A stretch of DNA of 60,489 nucleotides from NCBI GenBank assembly GCA_902537905.1, contig CACBDD010000001.1, forward strand, positions 1 through 60,489. Direction: 5' to 3'. The first letter of the stretch is position 1, and every line of letters starts with the position of its first letter. The notes beneath the pieces were generated by a model. That model was not told the DNA's origin. It did not search any database and was given only the letters and a program-made list of their open reading frames with translations. Source of the DNA: an uncultured Pelagibacteraceae bacterium. GTDB taxonomy: Bacteria; Pseudomonadota; Alphaproteobacteria; Pelagibacterales; Pelagibacteraceae. Positions 1 to 9,368 of the stretch are shown here, in pieces. The position numbers were made by a program, and so were the translations under genes.

Positions 1-421
1 TTCTTTTATCTGTCTCGCTATCATCAATTTTAACAGTGTATTCATCAAATTTAATGTTTTCTAATGATTTAATCTCTACTTTAGGTAATTCAGTGACTGA
101 CAATACATATTCTAATTCTTTATCTTCCCCATACGTTTTTAGATCTAATTTTGGCTGGCCCGCTGGTTTAATTTTTTTTTCTTCTAATGCTTTTGTAGAT
201 GTATCTTTCAAAACTTTGTCTAATACTTCGCCAAATACAGCTTTGCCGAATTGTCTCTTTAAAATTTCTTTTGGTACTTTTCCTGGACGAAAACCTTTTA
301 AATTTACTGTTTCTTTAATCTCTTCATATTTTTCATCCATATAAGAGTCCATGGTCTCTTTATCGATAAAAATTTTTAGATCTTTGTTTAAGCCTTTTTT
401 ATTTTCTACAGTAACTTTCAT
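1..421 (-). CDS. tig: Trigger factor, N-terminal part (runs off window start)
   Basis: Manual minus-strand translation from ATG at 421: MKVTVENKKGLNKDLKIFID...LKGFRPGKVP, which contains the trigger factor ribosome-binding signature GFRxGxxP. Not in the ORF track because it is truncated. Confidence 0.95.
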   Translation of the reverse strand, partial: MKVTVENKKGLNKDLKIFIDKETMDSYMDEKYEEIKETVNLKGFRPGKVPKEILKRQFGKAVFGEVLDKVLKDTSTKALEEKKIKPAGQPKLDLKTYGEDKELEYVLSVTELPKVEIKSLENIKFDEYTVKIDDSETDKR

Positions 422-431
422 AATTTATTAA

Positions 432-516
432 TGGTAGGGCGAAAAGGACTCGAACCTTCACCGATTGCTCGACTGGTTCCTAAGACCAGCGCGTCTACCA
501 ATTCCGCCATCGCCCC
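432..516 (-). tRNA. tRNA-Leu(TAG)
   Basis: Reverse complement GGGGCGATGGCGGAATTGGTAGACGCGCTGGTCTTAGGAACCAG...GGTTCGAGTCC...CGCCCTACCA: D loop, TAG anticodon, long variable arm, TTCGA T loop and encoded CCA (85 nt). Confidence 0.96.
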
Positions 517-599
517 AGTTAAATTAGGTGCTTTATATATTATTGAACTCATTTGTCCAATCCGAATAATAGTGTAAAAGGATATAAAAATATAAAAAA

Positions 600-851
600 A
601 TGATTGTTTCGCCTTGTATTAGTATTTGTAAAACAGATCCTTCGACTGGCTATTGTTATGGTTGTGGAAGAAATAACGAGGAAAAAAGACTTTGGAAACT
701 TGAGGAAACGACAGATGATTGGAAAAAAGAAAATTTAAATGAAATTGAAAAAAGACTGACTGGTTGGCAACTTGAAAGTTTTAAAGAATCTTATTCTTAC
801 AAAATCAATAACGGTATATCTCTTTTCAAAAAAAACTTGATTAAAGAATAA
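600..851 (+). CDS. DUF1289-family small Cys-rich (putative Fe-S) protein
   Basis: SPCISIC...YCYGCGR...E...W pattern typical of DUF1289. Confidence 0.8.
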   Translation: MIVSPCISICKTDPSTGYCYGCGRNNEEKRLWKLEETTDDWKKENLNEIEKRLTGWQLESFKESYSYKINNGISLFKKNLIKE

Positions 852-857
852 AATAAT

Positions 858-1031
858 ATGAGCAAAGTTAAAATTGTAAGCATTGTTTATGCTATAGGTA
901 TAATTATTGGTGCTTTATTCTTTGATGTTTGGGGTGCAAACACCACTCCATTTAAAACATTGTCTGTATTTGCATGGACCGTAATATTTATTATAGCTTT
1001 ATTTTATGCAGATAAGAAAGAGAAAAAATAA
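858..1031 (+). CDS. Small membrane protein (57 aa)
   Basis: Manual ORF MSKVKIVSIVYAIGIIIGALFFDVWGANTTPFKTLSVFAWTVIFIIALFYADKKEKK: two hydrophobic helices, fills the gap, starts 6 bp after the previous stop. Confidence 0.65.
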   Translation: MSKVKIVSIVYAIGIIIGALFFDVWGANTTPFKTLSVFAWTVIFIIALFYADKKEKK

Positions 1032-1034
1032 GTA

Positions 1035-1178
1035 CTAAATATTTTTTTTTATAATTTTAGATTTTTTTTCCTGATTTAAATTTTTCTTTCTAAAATCAAA
1101 TCTTGAATTTGATATATTTGATCTATGCTTTGCAAAAGCCTGTTTTTGTGCTTGTCGCATGGCTCTTTTTGAAGACAT
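1035..1178 (-). CDS. Small highly basic protein (47 aa)
   Basis: Manual ORF MSSKRAMRQAQKQAFAKHRSNISNSRFDFRKKNLNQEKKSKIIKKNI with AGGA just upstream of the ATG; directly follows the 1189-1746 gene. Confidence 0.55.
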   Translation of the reverse strand: MSSKRAMRQAQKQAFAKHRSNISNSRFDFRKKNLNQEKKSKIIKKNI

Positions 1179-1188
1179 AATTCCTAAT

Positions 1189-1746
1189 TTAATATTCTAT
1201 TTCTAAAGTATCAATTACTTTTAAATTTTTATCTGAAATAACAATCTCGCCTGATGAAGGAGCATAATTTAAAAGCTCAGATATTACTACATAATGTGTA
1301 ACAAAAATTATATTTTGTTTTTGGTCCCACGTTTTTAAAAACTTGTTAAAATCAATAACTTGTTTCTTTCTATTTTTAGAAAATTTTGCACTAAAGAAAG
1401 AATTCAAAAAATTTTTTGTTTCAAATTTTTTGAAAGCTATTTCCGCAGTTTCTTTACACCTACACCACTCACTTGAATAAATTTTATTAATTGAAATATT
1501 GTTAGTTTTAAAGAAATTACCAATATTTTTAGATTGTACTCTTCCCTCATCGTTTAAATTTCTTTGTGTTTCACATATGTTAATATCAAAATTAGTAGGA
1601 TCTCCTCCTCCTGGTGCATAAGCATGACGAATAAATATTAACTTACCTCCTTTTTGAAGCTCATTAATCATAGCTTTACTAGAATCTGCTTTAATTGGAG
1701 AATTTAAAAATATAAATATAATTAAAAAATATTTAAAAATTTTCAT
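1189..1746 (-). CDS. Histidine phosphatase (phosphoglycerate mutase/SixA-like) family, exported
   Basis: N-terminal signal peptide; IRHA, SSxxxRCxETA and VTH motifs. Confidence 0.85.
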   Translation of the reverse strand: MKIFKYFLIIFIFLNSPIKADSSKAMINELQKGGKLIFIRHAYAPGGGDPTNFDINICETQRNLNDEGRVQSKNIGNFFKTNNISINKIYSSEWCRCKETAEIAFKKFETKNFLNSFFSAKFSKNRKKQVIDFNKFLKTWDQKQNIIFVTHYVVISELLNYAPSSGEIVISDKNLKVIDTLEIEY

Positions 1747-1748
1747 TG

Positions 1749-2429
1749 ATGAATATTAAATTAAAAAAACTTAATAAGAAAATTATTAAATGTAGAAAAT
1801 GTCCAAGATTAATTAATTTTATTAAAAAAATATCTAATGAAAAGAGAAAACAAAATATAAATGAAGTTTATTGGGCAAAACCAGTTCCTGGATTTGGTAA
1901 GATAAATTCGAAACTATTAATATTAGGTCTGGCACCAGCAGCTCACGGTGGAACTAGAACCGGGAGACCTTTTACTGGAGATAAATCAAGTGATTTCCTG
2001 TTTTCTTGTTTAAATAAAGCAAATATTTCTAATCTACCATATTCAGAAAGTTTAAATGATGGACTAGAATTAAAATCAACCTTTATTACCAATATACTAA
2101 AATGTGTTCCTCCTGGTGATAGACCAACAAATGAAGAGCTCACAAATTGTTCTGACCATTTTGAAAATGAGATTGAAACTTTAAATCAAATCCAAACAAT
2201 TGTTGCTTTAGGTAAAGTTGCCTTTGATAATTGTATTAAATATTACAAAAGAAAAAATAAATTAAATGGTAAATTTAATTTTAAGCATGGGAAGTATTAT
2301 AATTTATCAAATAAAATCAAATTGTACGCGTGTTATCATCCAAGCCCTAGAAATGTAAATACAAAATTAATATCTGAAAAAATGATAGTCAATTTTTTCA
2401 AAAAAATAAAAAGAGCAACAGCTATTTAG
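1749..2429 (+). CDS. Uracil-DNA glycosylase, family 5 (UdgB-like, Fe-S)
   Basis: CRKCPRL, GLAPAAHGGTRTGRPFTGD, KCVPP and YHPSPRN motifs. Confidence 0.9.
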   Translation: MNIKLKKLNKKIIKCRKCPRLINFIKKISNEKRKQNINEVYWAKPVPGFGKINSKLLILGLAPAAHGGTRTGRPFTGDKSSDFLFSCLNKANISNLPYSESLNDGLELKSTFITNILKCVPPGDRPTNEELTNCSDHFENEIETLNQIQTIVALGKVAFDNCIKYYKRKNKLNGKFNFKHGKYYNLSNKIKLYACYHPSPRNVNTKLISEKMIVNFFKKIKRATAI

Positions 2430-2838
2430 ATTTTAAAATATAAGGCTCAAAACTATTTAAAACAATCTCAGGAATTTTTGTAGGCTTTCCATTGGTATTT
2501 ATAAAAACTAAATGTATTTTTGCATCAACAATTAATAAATTATCTTTATAAATGGACTGATCCATTACAAAAGAGGTTTTTGAAAAAGAGGAAATAAAAG
2601 ATTTTATTGTTAAATTATCTTCTAAGTATGCTGATTTTTTATATTCGATGTTGCATGATTTTACAATTATTAAAGAATTAAATTCATTTTTAATTTTTAA
2701 ATTACTTAAACCAATAGTTAATAGAGCTTCTGTTCTTGCTCTTTCAAAGTATTTTAAATAATTTGCATAATAAACTACTCCTCCTGAGTCAGTATCCTCA
2801 TAGTAAATTTTAACATTATGTTTAAAAGTTTTATGCAT
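2422..2838 (-). CDS. ybgC: YbgC/FadM-family acyl-CoA thioesterase
   Basis: YYEDTDSGGVVYYANYLKYFERARTE signature. Confidence 0.9.
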   Translation of the reverse strand: MHKTFKHNVKIYYEDTDSGGVVYYANYLKYFERARTEALLTIGLSNLKIKNEFNSLIIVKSCNIEYKKSAYLEDNLTIKSFISSFSKTSFVMDQSIYKDNLLIVDAKIHLVFINTNGKPTKIPEIVLNSFEPYILKSK

Positions 2839-2896
2839 TGTTTATTAATATCAAAAAATAAGAAATATTTATATAAACTAAGATATAATAACTACT

Positions 2897-3037
2897 ATGA
2901 AAGTTTATATAATTTGGTTGATTGGAGTAATTTTATGGAACTATGGTGTTCCTGATGCCTCACCGACAGAGGACGTAATTGTTGCAATCATACTATCATT
3001 CCTGAGTATGGGGCTAAAAAAATATACTAAACTTTAA
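2897..3037 (+). CDS. Small membrane protein (46 aa)
   Basis: Manual ORF MKVYIIWLIGVILWNYGVPDASPTEDVIVAIILSFLSMGLKKYTKL: hairpin of two hydrophobic segments, ends flush with the next gene. Confidence 0.6.
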   Translation: MKVYIIWLIGVILWNYGVPDASPTEDVIVAIILSFLSMGLKKYTKL

Positions 3038-3688
3038 TTAATTTGCTGAAAAATAAATGTTCTGAAAATAGGCTACAGATTTCATTTTAGAGTTATCTGT
3101 ATCTGCCATAACTGCTAAGCCATCTAATTCATTTAAATCTAGATCGTGGAATTTCTTAAAGTCTTCTTTTACATTTGATTTGACAGTTACCCATTCATTT
3201 AGATTAGTTTTGGTTGTTGCCATTACATTATCTATAGATTTTTTTGTGTAAGGACTTGGCCAACTTTGTCCAACATCATTGTTGCTTGAAAAGACATAAT
3301 TTACGGCTCTATTGGATAAAGGAGTTGCTCCTGTTTTTTTAACAGCAAAAACTCTAGCGGCAAAATCATGACCTTTTTTGGTATCTTCCTTAATTCCTGA
3401 CAAATCTTGCTCAATTTTCCATGTAATATTAATAAAAGGTGTCTTGTTTAGATCGATTTTGACTTCTTTTCCAAGACCTGAAGCTGCATTATCAGCAACT
3501 GCTTTTAGGAAATTTCCATTTTCATTTTTACCAACAGTATAAATAGTCTTATTCTTTGCTCCTCTTACTTTTCTTACAGTTAATTCTGAAAGTTCTTCTT
3601 CAGTAAACTCAAATACTATAACTTCATTTGCAACAACTGAGCCGATTGAAATCAAAAAAATTGAAATAAGTTTAAAAAATATTTTCAT
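3038..3688 (-). CDS. DUF3047-family periplasmic protein
   Basis: Signal peptide; TPFINITWKIE, DFAARVF and GLAVMADTDN motifs resemble DUF3047. Confidence 0.8.
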   Translation of the reverse strand: MKIFFKLISIFLISIGSVVANEVIVFEFTEEELSELTVRKVRGAKNKTIYTVGKNENGNFLKAVADNAASGLGKEVKIDLNKTPFINITWKIEQDLSGIKEDTKKGHDFAARVFAVKKTGATPLSNRAVNYVFSSNNDVGQSWPSPYTKKSIDNVMATTKTNLNEWVTVKSNVKEDFKKFHDLDLNELDGLAVMADTDNSKMKSVAYFQNIYFSAN

Positions 3689-3763
3689 AATTTAAGTTCT
3701 TAATACATTATTTAGACAAGATTTAAACATGCAAAAATCAGAATTAATTTTTAAATAATTGAT

Positions 3764-3898
3764 ATGAAAACAATTTCAATTTTTTTACTTCTAATTTATT
3801 GGTCAATAATAATATCTGCACCAATTATGTCTAATGATCTCAAAATGGGTAGTTCTAGAGCTATTAAATTAAATTCTAATTCTAAGGTATCAATATAA
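3764..3898 (+). CDS. Possible small signal-peptide ORF or gene remnant (44 aa)
   Basis: Manual ORF MKTISIFLLLIYWSIIISAPIMSNDLKMGSSRAIKLNSNSKVSI; overlaps the 3' end of the opposite gene by 17 nt. Confidence 0.3.
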   Translation: MKTISIFLLLIYWSIIISAPIMSNDLKMGSSRAIKLNSNSKVSI

Positions 3899-4886
3899 TT
3901 TTAGGTGCAACACATGTACCATCATGAATTTGTTTAAAGGCATCACCACCATTTTTTAAATCTCTAAATTCAATCCAATCTAAAGAACCTATCTCTTTAT
4001 TAGCTAATATTGCTAACGTTTGCTCAAAATCTTTATTGGTATAACAATAAGTTCCTATAACAGTCACCTCTTGGATTGTCATTTTTCTAAAATTAAAAGT
4101 TCCAGCCGGCTGAGTTAAGCCTATATGAATAATTGATCCGCCCGGTTTAACCACTTCAATAGCCTGTTGTCTTGAAATCTCCAAACCCACTGTATCAAAT
4201 ACAATATCAAATTTATTACTTTCTATTTCACTATGATCTGGTGCAACATATTTTGCCTCTAAATATTTAGAGCACTCATTCAATCTCAATTTATTTGGAT
4301 CAGATAGAATTATATTTTTACTTTTTTTAATTTTCGATAAAATTAAACCACATAATAATCCAATTGCACCACCACCTTGAATCAAAATTTTACACTCAGA
4401 CAAAGGTTTTTTTAGAGATTGCTCACCAATTAATACTGCATGTAAAGAAACTGCCGTTGGTTCTGCTACTGGGGCTTCATTCTTATCTAATCCATCTGGG
4501 ATTTCATAAATGTTTTTATCAGGCGTAGATATCAATTCAGCAAAGGCACCTTGTCTTTCAATCGGCTTGTTCATTCCTAATAAGACTCTATGAGGACAAA
4601 GATGTTCTCTTCCACTTGTGCAGTATTCGCATTTGCCACAAGTTATTAGAGGATTTAAAACGACATTTTTACCCTTAAATTTTCCATTTTGTACTTCACC
4701 GCTAACTTCATGACCTAATATTAATGGTGGATTTCTTCTTTCATCATGTCCATGATACGCGTGCATATCTGAACCACATATTCCAGAAGCATGAATTTTT
4801 AAAATACTTTCTCCTGAAACTTCAATTGGATTTGGTTCTTCCCTATAAACTAGTTCTTGTGTTCCAGTATATACTAATGCTTTCAT
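3882..4886 (-). CDS. Zn-dependent medium-chain alcohol dehydrogenase (possibly HpsP-like DHPS dehydrogenase)
   Basis: GICGSD, GHE, CGKCEYC...C structural Zn site and GGGAIG. The HpsP suggestion rests on recalled similarity and sulfonate context only. Confidence 0.85.
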   Translation of the reverse strand: MKALVYTGTQELVYREEPNPIEVSGESILKIHASGICGSDMHAYHGHDERRNPPLILGHEVSGEVQNGKFKGKNVVLNPLITCGKCEYCTSGREHLCPHRVLLGMNKPIERQGAFAELISTPDKNIYEIPDGLDKNEAPVAEPTAVSLHAVLIGEQSLKKPLSECKILIQGGGAIGLLCGLILSKIKKSKNIILSDPNKLRLNECSKYLEAKYVAPDHSEIESNKFDIVFDTVGLEISRQQAIEVVKPGGSIIHIGLTQPAGTFNFRKMTIQEVTVIGTYCYTNKDFEQTLAILANKEIGSLDWIEFRDLKNGGDAFKQIHDGTCVAPKIILIP

Positions 4887-4887
4887 A

Positions 4888-6345
4888 TTATTTTTTTGCC
4901 AACAAGTAATACGTTATCCAGGCTACAAATGCACCAATTATCCACGCATAAGACTGTAAAAACATTAAATTTGTATTCCAAATTGTTGATGCTGAAAAAA
5001 TAAAACCTAAAAATAAAGAATAAACAGCCTTTAAATGCCAGCCTCCTGAATAAAAATATAACCCTTCACCATCAATAGAATAAATATCATTATTACTTAG
5101 TTCTTTATTTTTAATTAAATAATAATCTGCAATCATAACTCCAAATAAAGGTCCAAAAAATGCAGCAAAGGTATCAATAAAAGATAAAATGCCAATCTGA
5201 CTTATTATAGTAAGCCAAAATATTGACACCACAAATCCTAAAAATCCAATAATTAAACTAGATGATTTCAAATTTAATTTATTAGGAATAAAATTTATTA
5301 ATGAATATTGAGAAGGTATAAAATTTGAAACCAAATTAGTAGATAAAGAGGCAACAATAATAAAAAGCAAGGCAATTATTGTAATGGTTAAATTATCAAA
5401 TTTTCCAATAATATCATTTGGACTTGTTAAAATAGAATTTAGATCTAAAAACTTTAAATTAAGAAAAACATCAGATCCAATTACAATAAAAACTGAAAAA
5501 AAAGAAAAAACAATTAAATTTAAAACTAAAGATAAATTACCTTTTTTAAGTTCTTTTTCATTTTTAACATACCGAGAAAAATCACCAAAATTTACCAATA
5601 TAATTGAAAAATACGCAAATACAGTTCCAGCAATAGTGATCACAGGCCAAATATTATTTTTATCAATTAAATTCTTATAATTAAATATTTCAACAAATGC
5701 TTTTGAGGTACTTTTCACATCATTAAGCAATACAACAAAAAAAAAGAATACTATTCCAGAGTAAACTATAATTGCTGAGTAATTAATTATTTTTTTATTA
5801 AAATTTATACCAATGCTAAATAAAAAGCTTTGAAGTAAAATAGCAATAATTATTGAGGTCCAATCAATAACATTTAAACCTAGTGTAAAAATTAAAAAAA
5901 TATTATTTTCAAGAATTGAACTATCAAAAGTAAATAAAGAAATTCGAATTAAATAAGTAAATGCTTTTGATAAAAAATACGTTTGAACTCCAAACATAAA
6001 TATACCAACCAAACATCTCAAAAATCCAAAATACTGAGCACCTTTGAACCCTAAAGAAGTTCTTAAAAGAACAGCAAATGGTAGACCGTATTTTTGAGAA
6101 GGTTTTCCAATCAAATTTGCAAGAAAGTACACTAATAACGAACCAATTAGAGTTCCAAAAAAGACAACTAAAGTGTTTAAATTATAAACAATGTACAAAG
6201 AAGCTATTAATGAAAAAGCTATAACACTCTGAATATTTACTGCCCAGAAACTAAACAAATCTTTCCAATTCCAAACTTTATAATTAGGATTCACACTTAC
6301 AAGATCCCAATTTGATAGTGAGTATTTAACTTTTTTACGACTCAT
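4888..6345 (-). CDS. NCS1-family nucleobase:cation symporter
   Basis: About 12 TM segments; GxPFAVLLRTSLG, NFGDFSRY and MIADYYLIK motifs. Confidence 0.85.
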   Translation of the reverse strand: MSRKKVKYSLSNWDLVSVNPNYKVWNWKDLFSFWAVNIQSVIAFSLIASLYIVYNLNTLVVFFGTLIGSLLVYFLANLIGKPSQKYGLPFAVLLRTSLGFKGAQYFGFLRCLVGIFMFGVQTYFLSKAFTYLIRISLFTFDSSILENNIFLIFTLGLNVIDWTSIIIAILLQSFLFSIGINFNKKIINYSAIIVYSGIVFFFFVVLLNDVKSTSKAFVEIFNYKNLIDKNNIWPVITIAGTVFAYFSIILVNFGDFSRYVKNEKELKKGNLSLVLNLIVFSFFSVFIVIGSDVFLNLKFLDLNSILTSPNDIIGKFDNLTITIIALLFIIVASLSTNLVSNFIPSQYSLINFIPNKLNLKSSSLIIGFLGFVVSIFWLTIISQIGILSFIDTFAAFFGPLFGVMIADYYLIKNKELSNNDIYSIDGEGLYFYSGGWHLKAVYSLFLGFIFSASTIWNTNLMFLQSYAWIIGAFVAWITYYLLAKK

Positions 6346-6411
6346 AATTAAATAATAAACTAATTAAGTATGATACAATATCTTTTTTTAGATACTTAAA
6401 TTTAAATACTT

Positions 6412-7308
6412 ATGAAAAAATTTATCACGAATAACATTGGTTATTTTGCAATGTTGATGGCAGTTATTGGATTTGGTTCTGGTCCACCATTTGTGACTTT
6501 AGCATTAAAAGAATTTTTCATAATTGATTTACTGGCTGTACGATTTTTAATTGCTTTTTTATTGATGCTTTTTTTCTGCATTTTAATGAGGGTAGATCTT
6601 TCGATAAAAGTAGTTGGATTAAAACCTTTTTTAATGGGATTGTTAAATCCATTTCTGGTAACACTTTCATTTCACGTAGGTTTGCTGTTAACAAGTCCAG
6701 TTAATGGTGTAGCTATTATTAGTACACTTCCACTTATGCAACCATTTGTAGCAAAAATTTTTTTAAAAGAAAAAATAGAAATAAAAGTAATTATAGGTGT
6801 ATTTGTCACTTTAATAGGAACATATTTATTGCTTACAAGCCAATTTAAATTAGGTGTTGGTAATTATCTAGGTGACTTAATTATTTTTCTAGGAATGCTT
6901 TGTGCATCAACTAACGAGGTAATTGGAAGAAAATTTATGCAAACAAAAGTAAATCAGTTATCTGTAAATACTTTTCAATATTTTACTGGTTTTGCACTTT
7001 CTTTTTTAATTCTTTTTATTATTTGGCCAAATTCTAGTTTTGAATACACTTATCATTTAGAACTTACCCCATCAGTAATGGCTGCTCTAACTTTATCTTT
7101 TATAACTTTTGCGGCATATTTATTTTATAATTATGCTTTAAGAAGACTTCCTTTGGGACGTATAAGCTTAATGTATCCGCTTACTGGTCCAATTGGAGCA
7201 ACTTCTGCCTGGATAGTGATAGATGCTGAAATTAACTTTAAAATATTTTTATCTTTGGGAATAATTTTAATAGGAACAATAATTCCTTATGTTAATAAAA
7301 AATCTTAA
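6412..7308 (+). CDS. DMT/EamA-family transporter
   Basis: About 10 hydrophobic helices in two repeats, FLKEKI motif. Confidence 0.8.
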   Translation: MKKFITNNIGYFAMLMAVIGFGSGPPFVTLALKEFFIIDLLAVRFLIAFLLMLFFCILMRVDLSIKVVGLKPFLMGLLNPFLVTLSFHVGLLLTSPVNGVAIISTLPLMQPFVAKIFLKEKIEIKVIIGVFVTLIGTYLLLTSQFKLGVGNYLGDLIIFLGMLCASTNEVIGRKFMQTKVNQLSVNTFQYFTGFALSFLILFIIWPNSSFEYTYHLELTPSVMAALTLSFITFAAYLFYNYALRRLPLGRISLMYPLTGPIGATSAWIVIDAEINFKIFLSLGIILIGTIIPYVNKKS

Positions 7309-7309
7309 A

Positions 7310-8641
7310 TTAGGGAGATGGATACATTACTTCAGGTAACCAAAGTGCAATTTGAGGAAATATTATGATTAATATTAATCCAATTAATTGGATAACCATA
7401 AATTGCATCATTCCTAAATATATATCTTTTAAATCCCAATCAGGAACTACCCCTTTTAGAAAATAAGCAGATAATGCAACAGGTGGAGATAGCCATGCGG
7501 TTTGCAAATTGACTGCGACTAAAATTGCAAACCAAGTTAAATTAAATCCTAGTTCCTGCACTAAAGGTAAAAGAATTGGCAATACAATTAATACTATAGG
7601 TACCCACTCTAATGGCCATCCTAATAAGAAGATAACTGCCATCATTATTGCTAAAATCCAATATTTATTAATTTCTAAATTGAGTAAGTAATCAGTTAAA
7701 AGTGATGGAGTGCCTAACTTAGAAAAAACTGCTCCAAAAAAATTAGATGCAGCAACAAGAAACATAATCAAAGCTGTGATTTCTAAAGTTTTAATTAAAG
7801 CCTCTTTTAATCCTTTAAAAGTCATTTTTTTATAGGCCAAAGCTAAAACAATAGATCCAAAAGCTCCCATCCCAGCTCCTTCCGTTGGAGTTGCTAAACC
7901 AAACAAAATACTTCCTAACGCAAAAAATACTAAAGCTGCTGGTGGAACTAAGCCCATAAAAAATTCATACCAAACTTTACCCATATTAGTTGGTCTTTCA
8001 TTGGCTGGTAAAACTGGACCTAGTTTAGGATTTAAAAAACATCTTAAAGTAGTGTACCCTGCGTACAAGCATGCAAGCATTATTCCAGGAATTATTGCTG
8101 CAGCAAATAAATCTGTAACTGGAATTTCTAAAACAGGACCCATAACTACCAACATAATGCTAGGTGGAATTAAAATTCCAAGAGTTCCACCTGCACAAAT
8201 TAAACCGGCTGACAATCTTGTATCATAACCAGATCTAATCATCGTCTTACCTGCCATAATTCCTAAAATTGTAACTGAAGCTCCAACAATTCCAGTTGCT
8301 GCAGCAAATATTGTAGATACAAACATAACTGCATAAAATAATGCACCTCTAGTTTTAGAAAGCATTAGTTGGACAGAATTAAACAATCTTTCCATTAAAC
8401 CAGCTTGTTCCATTAGAATTCCCATAAAGATAAAGAGCGGGACTGCCGCGAGGGTATTCTCGGTCATTATCATATTGAATTGGAGTGTCATTAGGTAAAA
8501 AACTAATTTTCCAAAACCCCAATAACCAAATACAAGCCCTAAAAATATTAAAGTGAACGAAATTGGAAAACCAATAAAGATTGCAAATAACATGCAACCA
8601 ATCATTATTGCACCAATTATTTCAGGTGTAAAAAATTCCAT
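7310..8641 (-). CDS. dctM: TRAP transporter large permease
   Basis: AGGTLGILIPPSIML and NLQTAWLSPP motifs; likely ATG at 8641 overlapping the dctQ stop (TAATG). Confidence 0.93.
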   Translation of the reverse strand: MEFFTPEIIGAIMIGCMLFAIFIGFPISFTLIFLGLVFGYWGFGKLVFYLMTLQFNMIMTENTLAAVPLFIFMGILMEQAGLMERLFNSVQLMLSKTRGALFYAVMFVSTIFAAATGIVGASVTILGIMAGKTMIRSGYDTRLSAGLICAGGTLGILIPPSIMLVVMGPVLEIPVTDLFAAAIIPGIMLACLYAGYTTLRCFLNPKLGPVLPANERPTNMGKVWYEFFMGLVPPAALVFFALGSILFGLATPTEGAGMGAFGSIVLALAYKKMTFKGLKEALIKTLEITALIMFLVAASNFFGAVFSKLGTPSLLTDYLLNLEINKYWILAIMMAVIFLLGWPLEWVPIVLIVLPILLPLVQELGFNLTWFAILVAVNLQTAWLSPPVALSAYFLKGVVPDWDLKDIYLGMMQFMVIQLIGLILIIIFPQIALWLPEVMYPSP

Positions 8642-9297
8642 TATGGCCATCTTCCTTTTACAAAGGCATAGTAGCTCTTAAGAACCTCAGATACTCCTTG
8701 AACCAATAATAAAAAAGCTCCTATAGGCATACAACTTTTTAATGGCCACATTATTGGCATCCATGTAGTATCCATTGCCCTTTGAATTCTGACTTTGCCC
8801 CCCAAGCATTCCATAAGATCTGAACGTCCACAAATAGATGTGTAAGCGTAATCAAAGCTAACCCAGAAAAATACTAAGAAACCAGGGAAAAAAAATAATA
8901 AATATAAAAATAAATCTACTTTGGCTTGATTTTTTACTTTCCAGTTTCGATATAAAAAATCAGCTCTTATGTGTATTCCTTTTGATAAAGTATACGCTGC
9001 ACCTAACATAAATAATGCGCCAGCTAACATTCTACTAATATCAAATGACCAAAGTGTAGGTCGATTAAAGAAATGCCTTCCAATTACTTCATAAACCATT
9101 GCAAATATTAAAGGCACTGTTATCCAGCAAACAATTTTGCCAGTAACAAGCATATTTCTGTCAATAAATTCTATTGTTTTTGCCATCCAAGGATCCATGT
9201 CCTTTGGCATTTTTGTGCTAGTACGACGTTCAGCGATAAGCTCATCGGTTATGTCCAGATTTTCACTAACGTTCTCTTTAGACTTTTTATCAACCAT
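8641..9297 (-). CDS. dctQ: TRAP transporter small permease
   Basis: 4 TM helices, YEVIGRHFFNRPT and HIRAD motifs, located between dctP and dctM. Confidence 0.9.
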   Translation of the reverse strand: MVDKKSKENVSENLDITDELIAERRTSTKMPKDMDPWMAKTIEFIDRNMLVTGKIVCWITVPLIFAMVYEVIGRHFFNRPTLWSFDISRMLAGALFMLGAAYTLSKGIHIRADFLYRNWKVKNQAKVDLFLYLLFFFPGFLVFFWVSFDYAYTSICGRSDLMECLGGKVRIQRAMDTTWMPIMWPLKSCMPIGAFLLLVQGVSEVLKSYYAFVKGRWP

Positions 9298-9324
9298 TGA
9301 GCAATTTAATTAATTTTGATTATT

Positions 9325-9360
9325 AAAAAACGGGGATAAATTTAATTATCCCCGTTTTAA
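9325..9360. terminator. Hairpin after dctP (terminator or mRNA stabiliser)
   Basis: AAAACGGGGATAA...TTATCCCCGTTTT inverted repeat with a U-tract on the minus strand. Confidence 0.75.
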
Positions 9361-9368
9361 ATTAATTT

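Noticed and set aside
36-344. 102-aa plus-strand ORF
   Set aside because: Antisense shadow of trigger factor, which is clearly encoded on the minus strand.
432-516. tRNA-Leu as an island integration site
   Set aside because: Its 3' end abuts tig, and I saw no integrase or duplicated tRNA 3' end in the window.
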